Origin: Adineta vaga
Taxonomy: Eukaryota; Animalia; Rotifera
DNA length: 64,000 nt
Assembly (NCBI GenBank): GCA_021613535.1
Contig: CP075493.1
Coordinates: 18,082,848-18,146,847, forward strand
Reading direction: 5' to 3'
Under the pieces are notes generated by a model, which saw nothing but the letters and a program-made list of their open reading frames with translations, ran no database searches and was not told where the DNA came from. Below are positions 50,101-64,000 of the stretch, in pieces (positions within the stretch are counted from its first letter, which is position 1; each line of letters begins with the position of its first letter). The translations under genes and the position numbers were made by a program.

Positions 50101-53100
50101 TTCCTATAGAGCAATGTTAGCCGATGACCTGTAGCGCACATTGATATTTTCTCTTGTATTGATAAAAAACCTTCGAAATGATCTCGATTTCTCATCAATA
50201 CACACTTGTTCTCTATCTTATCATCTTGCCAGAGAGAGAATACATATCTCTTCTCTCTTTGCTGCTCATTCTCCTTGTCCTTGTGCTCAGCTGGCCTTCG
50301 GGCATGCTTCGCTTCTTTTTCTTTGAAATTTTCTGGATTTCTCATCAAAATGCTTGATATCATTCATGTCTTTGTAGATGATATTTTCTTGAACATTCAC
50401 TCTCTGTAATTGTTGATATATGCACACACTTCAACAAAGATGTCTCCTCAACAAGTCTTTTGAGCTATATCTCGATAGAATGGGTGAGGGTGTGGGTGGA
50501 TGTATGAGGGCATATCACAATGGGTGAGGGTGCTTCGAAAACGTGTTGCCTTTGATGAAAAATTTCATTTGATGCTACATTTGACTGATGTGCGCGGAGG
50601 TGTGCGCTGTGCGCCGTGCGCCGTGTGTTTTCCTATAGAGCAATGTTAGCCGATGACCTGTAGCGCACATTGATATTTTCTCTTGTATTGATAAAACCTT
50701 CGAAATGATCTCGATTTCTCATCAATACACACTTGTTCTCTATCTTATCATCTTGCCAGAGAGAGAATACATATCTCTTCTCTCTTTGCTGCCTCATTCT
50801 CCTTGTCCTTGTGCTCAGCTGGCCCTTCGGGCCATGCTTCGCTTCTTTTCTTTGAAATTTTCTGGATTTCTCATCAAAATGCTTGATATCATTCATGTCT
50901 TTGTTAGATGATATCTTTCTTGAACATTCACTCTCTGTAATTGTTGATATATGCACACACTTCAACAAAGATGTCTCCTCAACAAGTCTTTTGAGCTATA
51001 TCTCGATAGAATGGGTGAGGGTGTGGGTGGATGTATGAGGGCATATCACAATGGGTGAGGGTGCTTCGAAAACGTGTTGCCTTTGATGAAAAATTTCATT
51101 TGATGCTACATTTGACTGATGTGCGCCGGAGGTGTGCGCTGTGCGCTGTGCGCCGTGTGTTTTCCTATAGAGCAATGTTAGCCGATGACCTGTAGCGCAC
51201 ATTGATATTTTCTCTTGTATTGATAAAAAACCTTCGAAATGATCTCGATTTCTCATCAATACACACTTGTTCTCTATCTTATCATCTTGCCAGAGAGAGA
51301 ATACATATCTCTTCTCTCTTTGCTGCCTCATTCTCCTTGTCCTTGTGCTCAGCTGGCCCTTCGGGCCATGCTTCGCTTTTTTCTTTGAAATTTTCTGGAT
51401 TTCTCATCAAAATGCTTGATATCATTCATGTCTTTGTTAGATGATATCTTTCTTGAACATTCACTCTCTGTAATTGTTGATATATGCACACACTTCAACA
51501 AAGATGTCTCCTCAACAAGTCTTTTGAGCTATATCTCGATAGAATGGGTGAGGGTGTGGGTGGGATGTATGAGGGCATATCACAATGGGTGAGGGTGCTT
51601 CGAAAACGTGTTGCCTTTGATGAAAAATTTCATTTGATGCTACATTTGACTGATGTGCGCCGGAGGTGTGCGCTGTGCGCCGTGCGCCGTGTGTTTTCCT
51701 ATAGAGCAATGTTAGCCGATGACCTGTAGCGCACATTGATATTTTTCTTGTATTGATAAAAAACCTTCGAAATGATCTCGATTTCTTCATCAATACACAC
51801 TTGTTCTCTATCTTATCATCTTGCAGAGAGAGAATACATATCTCTTCTCTCTTTGCTGCCTCATTCTCCTTGTCCTTGTGCTCAGCTGGCCCTTCGGGCC
51901 ATGCTTCGCTTCTTTTTCTTTGAAATTTTCTGGATTTCTCATCAAAATGCTTGATATCATTCATGTCTTTGTTAGATGATATCTTTCTTGAACATTCACT
52001 CTCTGTAATTGTTGATATATGCACACACTTCAACAAAGATGTCTCCTCAACAAGTCTTTGAGCTATATCTCGATAGAATGGGTGAGGGTGTGGTGGATGT
52101 ATGAGGCATATCACAATGGGTGAGGGTGCTTCGAAAACGTGTTGCCTTTGATGAAAAATTTCATTTGATGCTACATTTGACTGATGTGCGCCGGAGGTGT
52201 GCGCTGTGCGCCGTGCGCCGTGTGTTTTCCTATAGAGCAATGTTGAGCCGATGACCTGTAGCGCACATTGATATTTTCTCTTGTATTGATAAAAACCTTC
52301 GAAATGATCTCGATTTCTCATCAATACACACTTGTTCTCTATCTTATCATACTTGCCAGAGAATCAGAGAAAACATATCTCTTCTCTCTTTGCTGCCTCA
52401 TTCTCCCTTGTCCTTGTGCTCAGCTGGCCCTTCGGCCATGCTTCGCTTCTTTTTGCTTTGAAATTTTCTGGATTTCTCATCAAAATGCTTGATATCATTC
52501 ATGTTCTTTGTTAGATGATATCTTTCTTGAACATTCACTCTCTGTAATTGTTGATATATGCACACACTTCAACAAAGATGTCTCTCTCAACAAGTCTTTT
52601 GAGCTATATCTCGATAGAATGGGTGAGGGTGTGGGTGGATGTATGAGGGCATATCACAATGGGTGAGGGTGCTTCGAAACGTGTTGCCTTTGATGAAAAA
52701 TTTCATTTGATGCTACATTTGACTGATGTGCGCCGGAGTGTGCGCTGTGCGCCGTGCGCGTGTGTTTTCCTATAGAGCAATGTTTAGCCGATGACTTAGC
52801 GCACATTGATATTTTCTCTTGTATTGATAAAAACCTTCGAAATGATCTCGATTTCTCATCAATACAGTCACTTGTTCTCTATCTTATCATCTTGCAGAGA
52901 GAGATACATATCTCTTCTCTCTTTGCTGCCTCATTCTCCTTGTCCTTGTGCTCAGCTGGCCCTTTCGGGCCATGCTTCAGCTTCTTTTCTTTGAATTTTC
53001 TGGATTTCTCATCAAAATGCTTGATATCATTCATGTCTTTGTTAGATGATATCTTTCTTGAACATTCACTCTCTGTAATTGTTGATATATGCACACACTT

Positions 53101-56100
53101 CAACAAAGATGTCTCCTCAACAAGTCTTTTGAGCTATATTCGATAAGAATGGGTGAGGGTGTGGGTGGATGTATGAGGGCATATCACAATGGGTGAGGGT
53201 GCTTCGAAAACGTGTTGCCTTTGATGAAAAATTTCATTTATGCTACATTTGACTGATGTGCGCCGGAGGTGTGCGCTGTGCGCCGTGCGCCGTGTGTTTT
53301 CCTATAGAGCAATGTTAGCCGATGACCTGTAGCGCACATTGATATTTTCTCTTGTATTGATAAAAAACCTTCGAAATGATCTCGATTTCTCATCAATACA
53401 CACTTGTTTCTCTATCTTATCATCTTGCCAGAGAGAGATACATATCTCTTCTCTCTTTGCTGCCTCATTCTTCTTGTCCTTGTGCTCAGCTGGCCCTTCG
53501 GGCATGCTTCGCTTCTTTTCTTTGAAATTTTCTGGATTTCTCATCAAAATGCTTGATATCATTCATGTCTTTGTTAGATGATATCTTTCTTGAACATTCA
53601 CTCTCTGTAATTGTTGATATATGCACACACTTCAACAAAGATGTCTCCTCAACAAGTCTTTTGAGCTATATCTCGATAGAATGGGTGAGGTGTGGGTGGG
53701 ATGTATGAGGGCATATCACAATGGGTGAGGTGCTTCGAAAACGTGTTGCCTTTGATGAAAAATTTCATTTGATGCTACATTTGACTGATGTGCGCCGGAG
53801 GTGTGCGCTGTGCGCCGTGCGCCGTGTGTTTTCCTATAGAGCAATGTTAGCCGATGACCTGTAGCGCACATTGATATTTTCTCTTGTATTGATAAAAAAC
53901 CTTCGAAATGATCTCGATTTCTCATCAATACACACTTGTTCTCTATCTTATCATCTTGCCAAGAGAGAAATACATATCTTCTCTCTTTGCTGCCTCATTC
54001 TCCTTGTCCTTGTGCTCAGCTGGCCCTTCGGGCCATGCTTCGCTTCTTTTTCTTTGAAATTTTCTGGATTTCTCATCAAAATGCTTGATATCATTCATGT
54101 CTTTGTTAGATGATATCTTTCTCTTGAACATTCACTCTCTGTAATTGTTGATATATGCACACACTTCAACAAAGATGTCTCCTCAACAAGTCTTTTGAGC
54201 TATATCTCGATAGAATGGGTGAGGGTGTGGGTGGATGTATGAGGGCATATCACAATGGGTGAGGGTGCTTCGAAAACGTGTTGCCTTTGATGAAAAATTT
54301 CATTTGATGCTACATTTGACTGATGTGCGCCGGAGGTGTGCGCTGTGCGCCCGTGCGCCGTGTGTTTTCCTATAGAGCAATGTTAGCCGATGACCTGTAG
54401 CGCACATTGATATTTTCTCTTGTATTGATAAAAAACCTTCGAAATGATCTCGATTTCTCATCAATACACACTTGTTCTCTATCTTATCATCTTGCCAGAG
54501 AGAGAATACATATCTCTTCTCTCTTTGCTGCCTCATTCTCCTTGTCCTTGTGCTCAGCTGGCCGCTTCGGGCCATGCTTCGCTTCTTTTTCTTTGAAATT
54601 TTCTGGATTTCTCATCAAAATGCTTGATATCATTCATGTCTTTGTTAGATGATATCTTTCTGAACATTCACTCTCTGTAATTGTTGATATATGCACACAC
54701 TTCAACAAAGATGTCTCCTCAACAAGTCTTTTGAGCTATATCTCGATAGAATGGGTGAGGGTGTGGGTGGATGTATAGAGGGCATATCACAATGGGTGAG
54801 GGTGCTTCGAAAACGTGTTGCCTTTGATGAAAAATTTCATTTGATGCTACATTTGACTGATGTGCGCCGAGGTGTGCGCTGTGCGCCGTGCGCCGTGTGT
54901 TTTCCTATAGAGCAATGTTAGCCGATGACCTGTAGCGCACATTGATATTTTTCTCTTGTATTGATAAAAAACCTTCGAAATGATCTCGATTTCTCATCAA
55001 TACACACTTGTTCTCTATCTTATCATCTTGCCAGAGAGAGAATACATATCTCTTCTCTCTTTGCTGCCTCATTCTCCTTGTCCTTGTGCTCAGCTGGCCC
55101 TTCGGGCCATGCTTCGCTTCTTTTTCTTTGAAATTTTCTGGATTTCTCATCAAAATGCTTGATATCATTCATGTCTTTGTTAGATGATATCTTTCTTGAA
55201 CATTCACTCTCTGTAATTGTTGATATATGCACACACACTTCAACAAAGATGTCTCCTCAACAAGTCTTTTGAGCTATATCTCGATAGAATGGGTGAGGGT
55301 GTGGGTGGATGTATGAGGCATATCACAATGGGTGAGGGTGCTTCGAAAACGTGTTGCCTTTGATGAAAAATTTCATTTGATGCTACATTTGACTGATGTG
55401 CGCCGGAGGTGTGCGCTGTGCGCCGTGCGCCGTGTGTTTTCCTATAGAGCAATGTTAGCCGATGACCTGTAGCGCACATTGATATTTTCTCTTGTATTGA
55501 TAAAAAACCTTCGAAATGATCTCGATTTCTCATCAATACACACTTGTTCTCTATCTTATCATCTTGCCAGAGAGAGAGAATACATATCTCTTCTCTCTTT
55601 GCTGCCTCATTCTCCTTGTCCTTGTGCTCAGCTGGCCCTTCGGGCCATGCTTCGCTTCTTTTTCTTTGAAATTTTCTGGATTTCTCATCAAAATGCTTGA
55701 TATCATTCATGTCTTTGTTAGATGATATCTTTCTTGAACATTCACTCTCTGTAATTGTTGATATATGCACACACTTCAACAAAAGATGTCTCCTCAACAA
55801 GTCTTTTGAGCTATATCTCGATAGAATGGGTGAGGGTGTGGGGTGGATGTATGAGGGCATATCACAATGGGTGAGGGTGCTTCGAAAACGTGTTGCCTTT
55901 GATGAAAAAATTTCATTTGATGCTACATTTGACTGATGTGCGCCGGAGGTGTGCGCTGTGCGCCGTGCGCCGTGTGTTTTCCTATAGAGCAATGTTAGCC
56001 GATGACCTGTAGCGCACATTGATATTTTTCTCTTGTATTGATAAAAAAACCTTCGAAATGATCTCGATTTCTCATCAATACACACTTGTTCTCTATCTTA

Positions 56101-59100
56101 TCATCTTGCCAGAGAGAGAATACATATCTCTTCTCTCTTTGCTGCCTCATTCTCCTTGTCCTTGTGCTCAGCTGGCCCTTCGGCCATGCTTCGCTTCTTT
56201 TTCTTTGAAATTTTCTGGATTTCTCATCAAAATGCTTGATATCATTCATGTCTTTGTTAGATGATATCTTTCTTGAACATTCACTCTCTGTAATTGTTGA
56301 TATATGCACACACATTCAAACAAAGATGTCTCCTCAACAAGTCTTTTGAGCTATATCTCGATAGAATGGGTGAGGGTGTGGGTGGATGTATGAGGGCATA
56401 TCACAATGGGTGAGGGTGCTTCGAAAACGTGTTGCCTTTGATGAAAAATTTCATTTGATGCTACATTTGACTGATGTGCGCCGGAGGTGTGCGCTGTGCG
56501 CCGTGCGCCGTGTGTTTTCCTATAGAGCAATGTTAGCCGATGACCTGTAGCGCACATTGATATTTTCTCTTGTATTGATAAAAACCTTCGAAATGATCTC
56601 GATTTCTCATCAATACACACTTGTTTCTCTATCTTATCATCTTGCCAGAGAGAGAATACATATCTCTTCTCTCTTTGCTGCCTCATTCTCCTTTCCTTGT
56701 GCTCAGCTGGCCCTTCGGGCCATGCTTCGCTTCTTTTCTTTGAAATTTTCTGGATTTCTCATCAAAATGCTTGATATCATTCATGTCTTTGTTAGATGAT
56801 ATCTTTCTTGAACATTCACTCTCTGTAATTGTTGATATATGCACACACTTCAACAAAGATGTCTCCTCAACAAGTCTTTTGAGCTATATCTCGATAGAAT
56901 GGGTGAGGGTGTGGGTGGATGTATGAGGGCATATCACAATGGGTGAGGGTGCTTCGAAAACGTGTTGCCTTTGATGAAAAATTTCATTTGATGCTACATT
57001 TGACTGATGTGCGCCGGAGGTGTGCGCTGTGCGCCGTGCGCCGTGTGTTTTCCTATAGAGCAATGTTAGCCGATGACCTGTAGCGCACATTGATATTTTT
57101 CTCTTGTATTGATAAAAAACCTTCGAAATGATCTCGATTTCTCATCAATACACACTTGTTCTCTATCTTATCATCTTGCCAGAGAGAGAATACATATCTC
57201 TTCTCTCTTTGCTGCCTCATTCTCCTTGTCCTTGTGCTCAGCTGGCCCTTCGGGCCATGCTTCGCTTCTTTTTCTTTGAAATTTTCTGGATTTCTCATCA
57301 AAATGCTTGATATCATTCATGTCTTTGTTAGATGATATCTTTCTTGAACATTCACTCTCTGTAATTGTTGATATATGCACACACTTCAACAAAGATGTCT
57401 CCTCAACAAGTCTTTTGAGCTATATCTCGATAGAATGGGTGAGGGTGTGGGTGGATGTATGAGGGCATATCACAATGGGTGAGGGTGCTTCGAAAACGTG
57501 TTGCCTTTGATGAAAAATTTCATTTGATGCTACATTTGACTGATGTGCGCCGGAGGTGTGCGCTGTGCGCCGTGCGCCGTGTGTTTTCCTATAGAGCAAT
57601 GTTAGCCGATGACCTGTAGCGCACATTGATATTTTCTCTGTATTGATAAAAACCTTCGAAATGATCTCGATTTCTCATCAATACACACTTGTTCTCTATC
57701 TTATCATCTTGCCAGAGAGAGAATACATATCTCTTCTCTCTTTGCTGCCTCATTCTCCTTGTCCTTGTGCTCAGCTGGCCCTTCGGGCCATGCTTCGCTT
57801 CTTTTCTTTGAAATTTTCTGGATTTCTCATCAAAATGCTTGATATCATTCATGTCTTTGTTAGATGATATCTTTCTTGAACATTCACTCTCTGTAATTGT
57901 TGATATATGCACACACTTCAACAAAGATGTCTCCTCAACAAGTCTTTTGAGCTATATCTCGATAGAATGGGTGAGGGTGTGGGTGGATGTATGAGGGCAT
58001 ATCACAATGGGTGAGGGTGCTTCGAAAACGTGTTGCCTTTGATGAAAAATTTCATTTGATGCTACATTTGACTGATGTGCGCCGGAGGTGTGCGCTGTGC
58101 GCCGTGCGCCGTGTGTTTTCCTATAGAGCAATGTTAGCCGATGACCTGTAGCGCACATTGATATTTTCTCTTGTATTGATAAAAACCTTCGAAATGATCT
58201 CGATTTCTCATCAATACACACTTGTTCTCTATCTTATCATCTTGCCAGAGAGAGAATACATATCTCTTCTCTCTTTGCTGCCTCATTCTCCTTGTCCTTG
58301 TGCTCAGCTGGCCCTTCGGGCCATGCTTCGCTTCTTTTTCTTTGAAATTTTCTGGATTTCTCATCAAAATGCTTGATATCATTCATGTCTTTGTTAGATG
58401 ATATCTTTCTTGAACATTCACTCTCTGTAATTGTTGATATATGCACACACTTCAACAAAGATGTCTCCTCAACAAGTCTTTTGAGCTATATCTCGATAGA
58501 ATGGGTGAGGGTGTGGGTGGATGTATGAGGGCATATCACAATGGGTGAGGGTGCTTCGAAAACGTGTTGCCTTTGATGAAAATTTCATTTGATGCTACAT
58601 TTGACTGATGTGCGCCGGAGGTGTGCGCTGTGCGCCGTGCGCCGTGTGTTTTCCTATAGAGCAATGTTAGCCGATGACCTGTAGCGCACATTGATATTTT
58701 CTCTTGTATTGATAAAAACCTTCGAAATGATCTCGATTTCTCATCAATACACACTTGTTCTCTATCTTATCATCTTGCAGAGAGAGAATACATATCTCTT
58801 CTCTCTTTGCTGCCTCATTCTCCTTGTCCTTGTGCTCAGCTGGCCCTTCGGGCATGCTTCGCTTCTTTTTCTTTGAAATTTTCTGGATTTCTCATCAAAA
58901 TGCTTGATATCATTCATGCTTTGTTAGATGATATCTTTCTTGAACATTCACTCTCTGTAATTGTTGATATATGCACACACTTCAACAAAGATGTCTCCTC
59001 AACAAGTCTTTTGAGCTATATCTCGATAGAATGGGTGAGGGTGTGGGTGATGTATGAGGGCATATCACAATGGGTGAGGGTGCTTCGAAAACGTGTTGCC

Positions 59101-62100
59101 TTTGATGAAAAATTTCATTTGATGCTACATTTGACTGATGTGCGCCGGAGGTGTGCGCTGTGCGCCGTGCGCCGTGTGTTTTCCTATAGAGCAATGTTAG
59201 CCGATGACCTGTAGCGCACATTGATATTTTCTCTTGTATTGATAAAACCTTCGAATGATCTCGATTTCTCATCAATACACACTTGTTCTCTATCTATCAT
59301 CTTGCCAGAGAGAGAATACATATCTCTTCTCTCTTTGCTGCCTCATTCTCCTTGTCCTTGTGCTCAGCTGGCCCTTCGGGCCATGCTTCGCTTCTTTTTC
59401 TTTGAAATTTTCTGGATTTCTCATCAAAATGCTTGATATCATTCATGTCTTTGTTAGATGATATCTTTCTTGAACATTCACTCTCTGTAATTGTTGATAT
59501 ATGCACACACTTCAACAAAGATGTCTCCTCAACAAGTCTTTTGAGCTATATCTCGATAGAATGGGTGAGGGTGTGGGTGGATGTATGAGGGCATATCACA
59601 ATGGGTGAGGGTGCTTCGAAAACGTGTTGCCTTTGATGAAAAAATTTCATTTGATGCTACATTTGACTGATGTGCGCCGGAGGTGTGCGCTGTGCGCCGT
59701 GCGCCGTGTGTTTTCCTATAGAGCAATGTTAGCCGATGACCTGTAGCGCACATTGATATTTTCTCTTGTATTGATAAAAAAACCTTCGAAATGATCTCTC
59801 GATTTCTCATCAATACACACTTGTTCTCTATCTTATCATCTTGCCAGAGAGAGAATACATATCTCTTCTCTCTTTGCTGCCTCATTCTCCTTGTCCTTGT
59901 GCTCAGCTGGCCCTTCGGGCCATGCTTCGCTTCTTTTTCTTTGAAATTTTCTGGATTTCTCATCAAAATGCTTGATATCATTCATGTCTTTGTTAGATGA
60001 TATCTTTCTTGAACATTCACTCTCTGTAATTGTTGATATATGCACACACTTCAACAAAGATGTCTCCTCAACAAGTCTTTTGAGCTATATCTCGATAGAA
60101 TGGGTGAGGGTGTGGGTGGATGTATGAGGGCATATCACAATGGGTGAGGGTGCTTCGAAAACGTGTTGCCTTTGATGAAAAATTTCATTTGATGCTACAT
60201 TTGACTGATGTGCGCCGGAGGTGTGCGCTGTGCGCCGTGCGCCGTGTGTTTTCCTATAGAGCAATGTTAGCCGATGACCTGTAGCGCACATTGATATTTT
60301 CTCTTGTATTGATAAAAAACCTTCGAAATGATCTCGATTTCTCATCAATACACACTTGTTCTCTATCTTATCATCTTGCCAGAGAGAGAATACATATCTC
60401 TTCTCTCTTTGCTGCCTCATTCTCCTTGTCCTTGTGCTCAGCTGGCCCTTCGGGCCATGCTTCGCTTCTTTTTCTTTGAAATTTTCTGGATTTCTCATCA
60501 AAATGCTTGATATCATTCATGTCTTTGTTAGATGATATCTTTCTTGAACATTCACTCTCTGTAATTGTTGATATATTGCACACACTTCAACAAAGATGTC
60601 TCCTCAACAAGTCTTTTGAGGCTATATCTCGATAGAATGGGTGAGGGTGTGGGTGGATGTATGAGGGCATATCACAATGGGTGAGGGGATGCTTCGAAAA
60701 CGTGTTGCCTTTGATGAAAAATTTCATTTGATGCTACATTTGACTGATGTGCGCCGGAGGTGTGCGCTGTGCGCCGTGCGCCGTGTGTTTTCCTATAGAG
60801 CAACTGTTAGCCGATGACCTGTAGCGCACATTGATATTTTCTCTTGTATTGATAAAAAACTTCGAAATGATCTCGATTTCTCATCAATACACACTGTTCT
60901 CTATCTTATCATCTTGCTAGAGAGAGAAACATATCTCTTCTTCTTTGCTGCTCATTCTCCTTGTCTTGTGCTCAGCTGGCCCTTCGGGCCATGCTTCGCT
61001 TCTTTTCTTTGAAATTTTCTGGATTTCTCATCAAAATGCTTGATATCATTCATGTCTTTGTTGTAGATGATATTCTTTCTTGAACATTCACTCTCTGTAA
61101 TTGTTGATATATGCACACACTTCAATACAAAGATGTCTCTCAACAGTCTTTTGAGCTATATCTCGATAAGAATGGGTGAGGGTGTGGGGTGATGTATGAG
61201 GGCATATCACAATGGGTGAGGGTGCTTCGAAAAAACGTGTTGCCTTTGATGAAAGAAGTTTCATTTGATGCTACATTTGACTGATGTGCGCCGGAGGTGT
61301 GCGCTGTGCGCCGTGCGCCGTGTGTTTTCCTATAGAGCAATGTTAGCCGATACCTGTAGCGCACATTGATATTTTCTCTTGTATTGATTAAAAACACCTT
61401 CGAAATGATCTCGATTTCTCATCAATACACACTTGTTCTCTATCTTATCATCTTGCCAGAGAGAGAGATACATATCTCTTCTCTCTTTGCTGCTCATTCT
61501 CCTTGTCCTTCGTGCTCAGCTGGCCTTCGGGCCATGCTTCGCTTCTTTTCTTTGAAATTTTCTGGATTTCTCATCAAAAATGCTTGATAATCATTCATGT
61601 CTTAGTTAGATGATATCTTTCTTGAACATTCACTCTCTGTAATTGTTGATATATGCACACACTTCAACAAAGATGTCTCCTCAACAAGTCTTTTGAGCTA
61701 TATCTCGATAGAATGGGTGAGGGTGTGGGTGGATAATATGAGGGCATATCACAATGGGTGAGGGTGCTTCGAAAACGTGTTGCCTTTGATGAAAATTTCA
61801 TTTGATGCTACATTTGACTGATGTGCGCCGGAGGTGTGCGCTGTGCGCCGTGCGCCGTGTGTTTCCTATAGAGCAATGTTAGCCGATGACCTGTAGCGCA
61901 CATTGATATTTTCTCTTGTATTGATAAAAACCTTCGAAATGATCTCGATTTCTCATCAATACACACTTGTTCTCTATCTTATCATCTTGCCAGAGAGATA
62001 CATATCTCTTCTCTCTTTGCTGCCTCATTCTCCTTGTCCTTGTGCTCAGCTGGCCCTTCGGGCCGTGCTTCCGCTTTCTTTTCTTTGAAATTTTCTGGAT

Positions 62101-64000
62101 TTCTCATCAAAATGCTTGATATCATTCATGTCTTTGTTAGATGATATCTTTCTTGAACATTCACTCTCTGTAATTGTTGATATATGCACACACTTCAACA
62201 AGATGTCTCCTCAACAAGTCTTTTGAGCTATATCTCGATAGAATGGGTGAGGGTGTGGGTGGATGTATGAGGGCATATCACAATGGGTGAATGCTTCGAA
62301 AACGTGTTGCCTTTGATGAAAAATTTCATTTGATGCTACATTTGACTGATGTGCGCCGGAGGTGTGCGCTGTGCGCCGTGCGCCGTGTGTTTTCCTATAG
62401 AGCAATGTTAGCCGATGACCTGTAGCGCACATTGATATTTTCTCTTGTATTGATAAAACCTTCGAAATGATCTCGATTTCTCATCAATACACACTTGTTC
62501 TCTATCTTATCATCTTGCCAGAGAGAATACATATCTCTTCTCTCTTTGCTGCCTCATTCTCCTTGCTTGTGCTCAGCTGGCCCTTCGGGCCATGCTTCAC
62601 TTCTTTTCTTTGAAATTTTCTGGATTTCTCATCAAAATGCTTGATATCATTCATGTCTTTGTTAGATGATATCTTTCTTGAACATTCACTCTCTGTAATT
62701 GTTGATATATGCACACACTTCAACAAAGATGTCTCCTCAACAAGTCTTTTGAGCTATATCTCGATAGAATGGGTGAGGGTGTGGGTGGATGTATGAGGGC
62801 ATATCACAATGGGTGAGGGTGCTTCGAAAACGTGTTGCCTTTGATGAAAAATTTCATTTGATGCTACATTTGACTGATGTGCGCCGGAGGTGCTGTGCGC
62901 CGTGCGCCGTGTGTTTTCCTATAGAGCAATGTTAGCCGATGACCTGTAGCGCACATTGATATTTTCTCTTGTATTGATAAAAACCTTCGAAATGATCTCG
63001 ATTTCTCATCAATACACACACTTGTTCTCTATCTTATCATCTTGCCAGAGAGAATACATATCTCTTCTCTCTTGCTGCCTCATTCTCCTTGTCCTTGTGC
63101 TCAGCTGGCCTTCGGGCCGTGCTTCGCTTCTTTTCTTTGAAATTTTCTGGATTTCTCATCAAAATGCTTGATATCATTCATGTCTTTGTTAGATGATATC
63201 TTTCTTGAACATTCACTCTGTAATTGTTGATATATGCACACACTTCAACAAAGATGTCTCCTCAACAAGTCTTTTGAGCTATATCTCGATAGAATGGGTG
63301 AGGGTGTGGGTGGATGTATGAGGGCATATCACAATGGGTGAGGTGCTTCGAAAACGTGTTGCCTTTGATGAAAAATTTCATTTGATGCTACATTTGACTG
63401 ATGTGCGCCGGAGGTGTGCTGTGCGCCGTGCGCCGTGTGTTTTCCTATAGAGCAATGTTAGCCGATGACCTGTAGCGCACATTGATATTTTCTCTTGTAT
63501 TGATAAAAACCTTCGAAATGATCTCGATTTCTCATCAATACACACTTGTTCTCTATCTTATCATCTTGCCAGAGAGAGATACATATCTCTTCTCTCTTTG
63601 CTGCCTCATTCTCCTTGTCCTTGTGCTCAGCTGGCCCTTCGGGCCGTGCTTCACTTCTTTTCTTTGAAATTTTCTGGATTTCTCATCAAAATGCTTGATA
63701 TCATTCATGTCTTTGTTAGATGATATCTTTCTTGAACATTCACTCTCTGTAATGTTGATATATGCACACTTCAACAAAGATGTCTCCTCAACAAGTCTTT
63801 TGAGCTATATCTCGATAGAATGGGTGAGGGGTGTGGAGTGGATGTATGAGGGCATATCACAATGGGTGAGGGTGCTTCGAAAACGTGTTGCCTTTGATGA
63901 AAAATTTCATTTGATGCTACATTTGACTGATGTGCGCCGGAGGTGTGCGCTGTGCGCCGTGCGCCGTGTGTTTTCCTATAGAGCAATGTTAGCCGATGAC
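23136..64000. repeat. Tandem array of ~76 copies of a 535-bp telomere-associated unit (runs off the window)
   Basis: Period 535 (TGGGTGAGGGTGCTTCG at 23151, 23686, 24221 and onward). Each unit has TGGGTGAGGGTGTGGGTG and a second ATGGGTGAGGGTG 40 bp later. Copies are near-identical to ~35.4 kb and show scattered small indels after that. Confidence 0.98.

Noticed and set aside
23059-64000. Repeated 60-280 aa ORFs in the array (MISSILMRNP..., MLKCVHIST..., MIFSLVLIK...)
   Set aside because: They overlap on both strands, contain no recognisable domain and include translated telomeric tracts. The divergent unit type breaks the longest frame. They are by-products of the repeat.
23136-64000. CRISPR array, 5S/rDNA, tRNA, snRNA or spliced-leader gene array
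   Set aside because: There are no unique spacers or cas genes, and I recognise no 5S, tRNA, U-snRNA or bdelloid SL sequence in the unit. An Rfam search would be the formal test.

Overview
AT-rich eukaryotic DNA, very probably a bdelloid rotifer subtelomere. The evidence is TGTGGG/TGAGGG telomere-type repeats, an endonuclease-less Penelope-like Athena retroelement, 50-65 bp introns and a non-metazoan-type KUP gene relic. Positions 1-23 kb are a patchwork, in order: a secreted Cys-rich gene cut by telomeric repeats; an intact hAT transposon (1269-4689, 8-bp TSD); a coiled-coil ORF relic and a 5'-truncated DD37E Tc1-like element joined through telomeric repeats; a class A GPCR; a possible piggyBac stub; a decayed KUP/HAK K+ transporter; two small paralogous single-pass membrane proteins; and an RRM-like gene. 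These are followed by a minus-strand Athena element whose ORF1 is fused to RT by a -1 frameshift and which has a hammerhead ribozyme in its 3' UTR. From about 23.1 kb to the window end there is a tandem array of about 76 copies of a 535-bp unit abutting the Athena 5' end. The unit carries short telomeric tracts and a chain of hairpins, and two unit types differ by compensatory substitutions in a 10-bp stem. The ORFs predicted inside the array are considered spurious.
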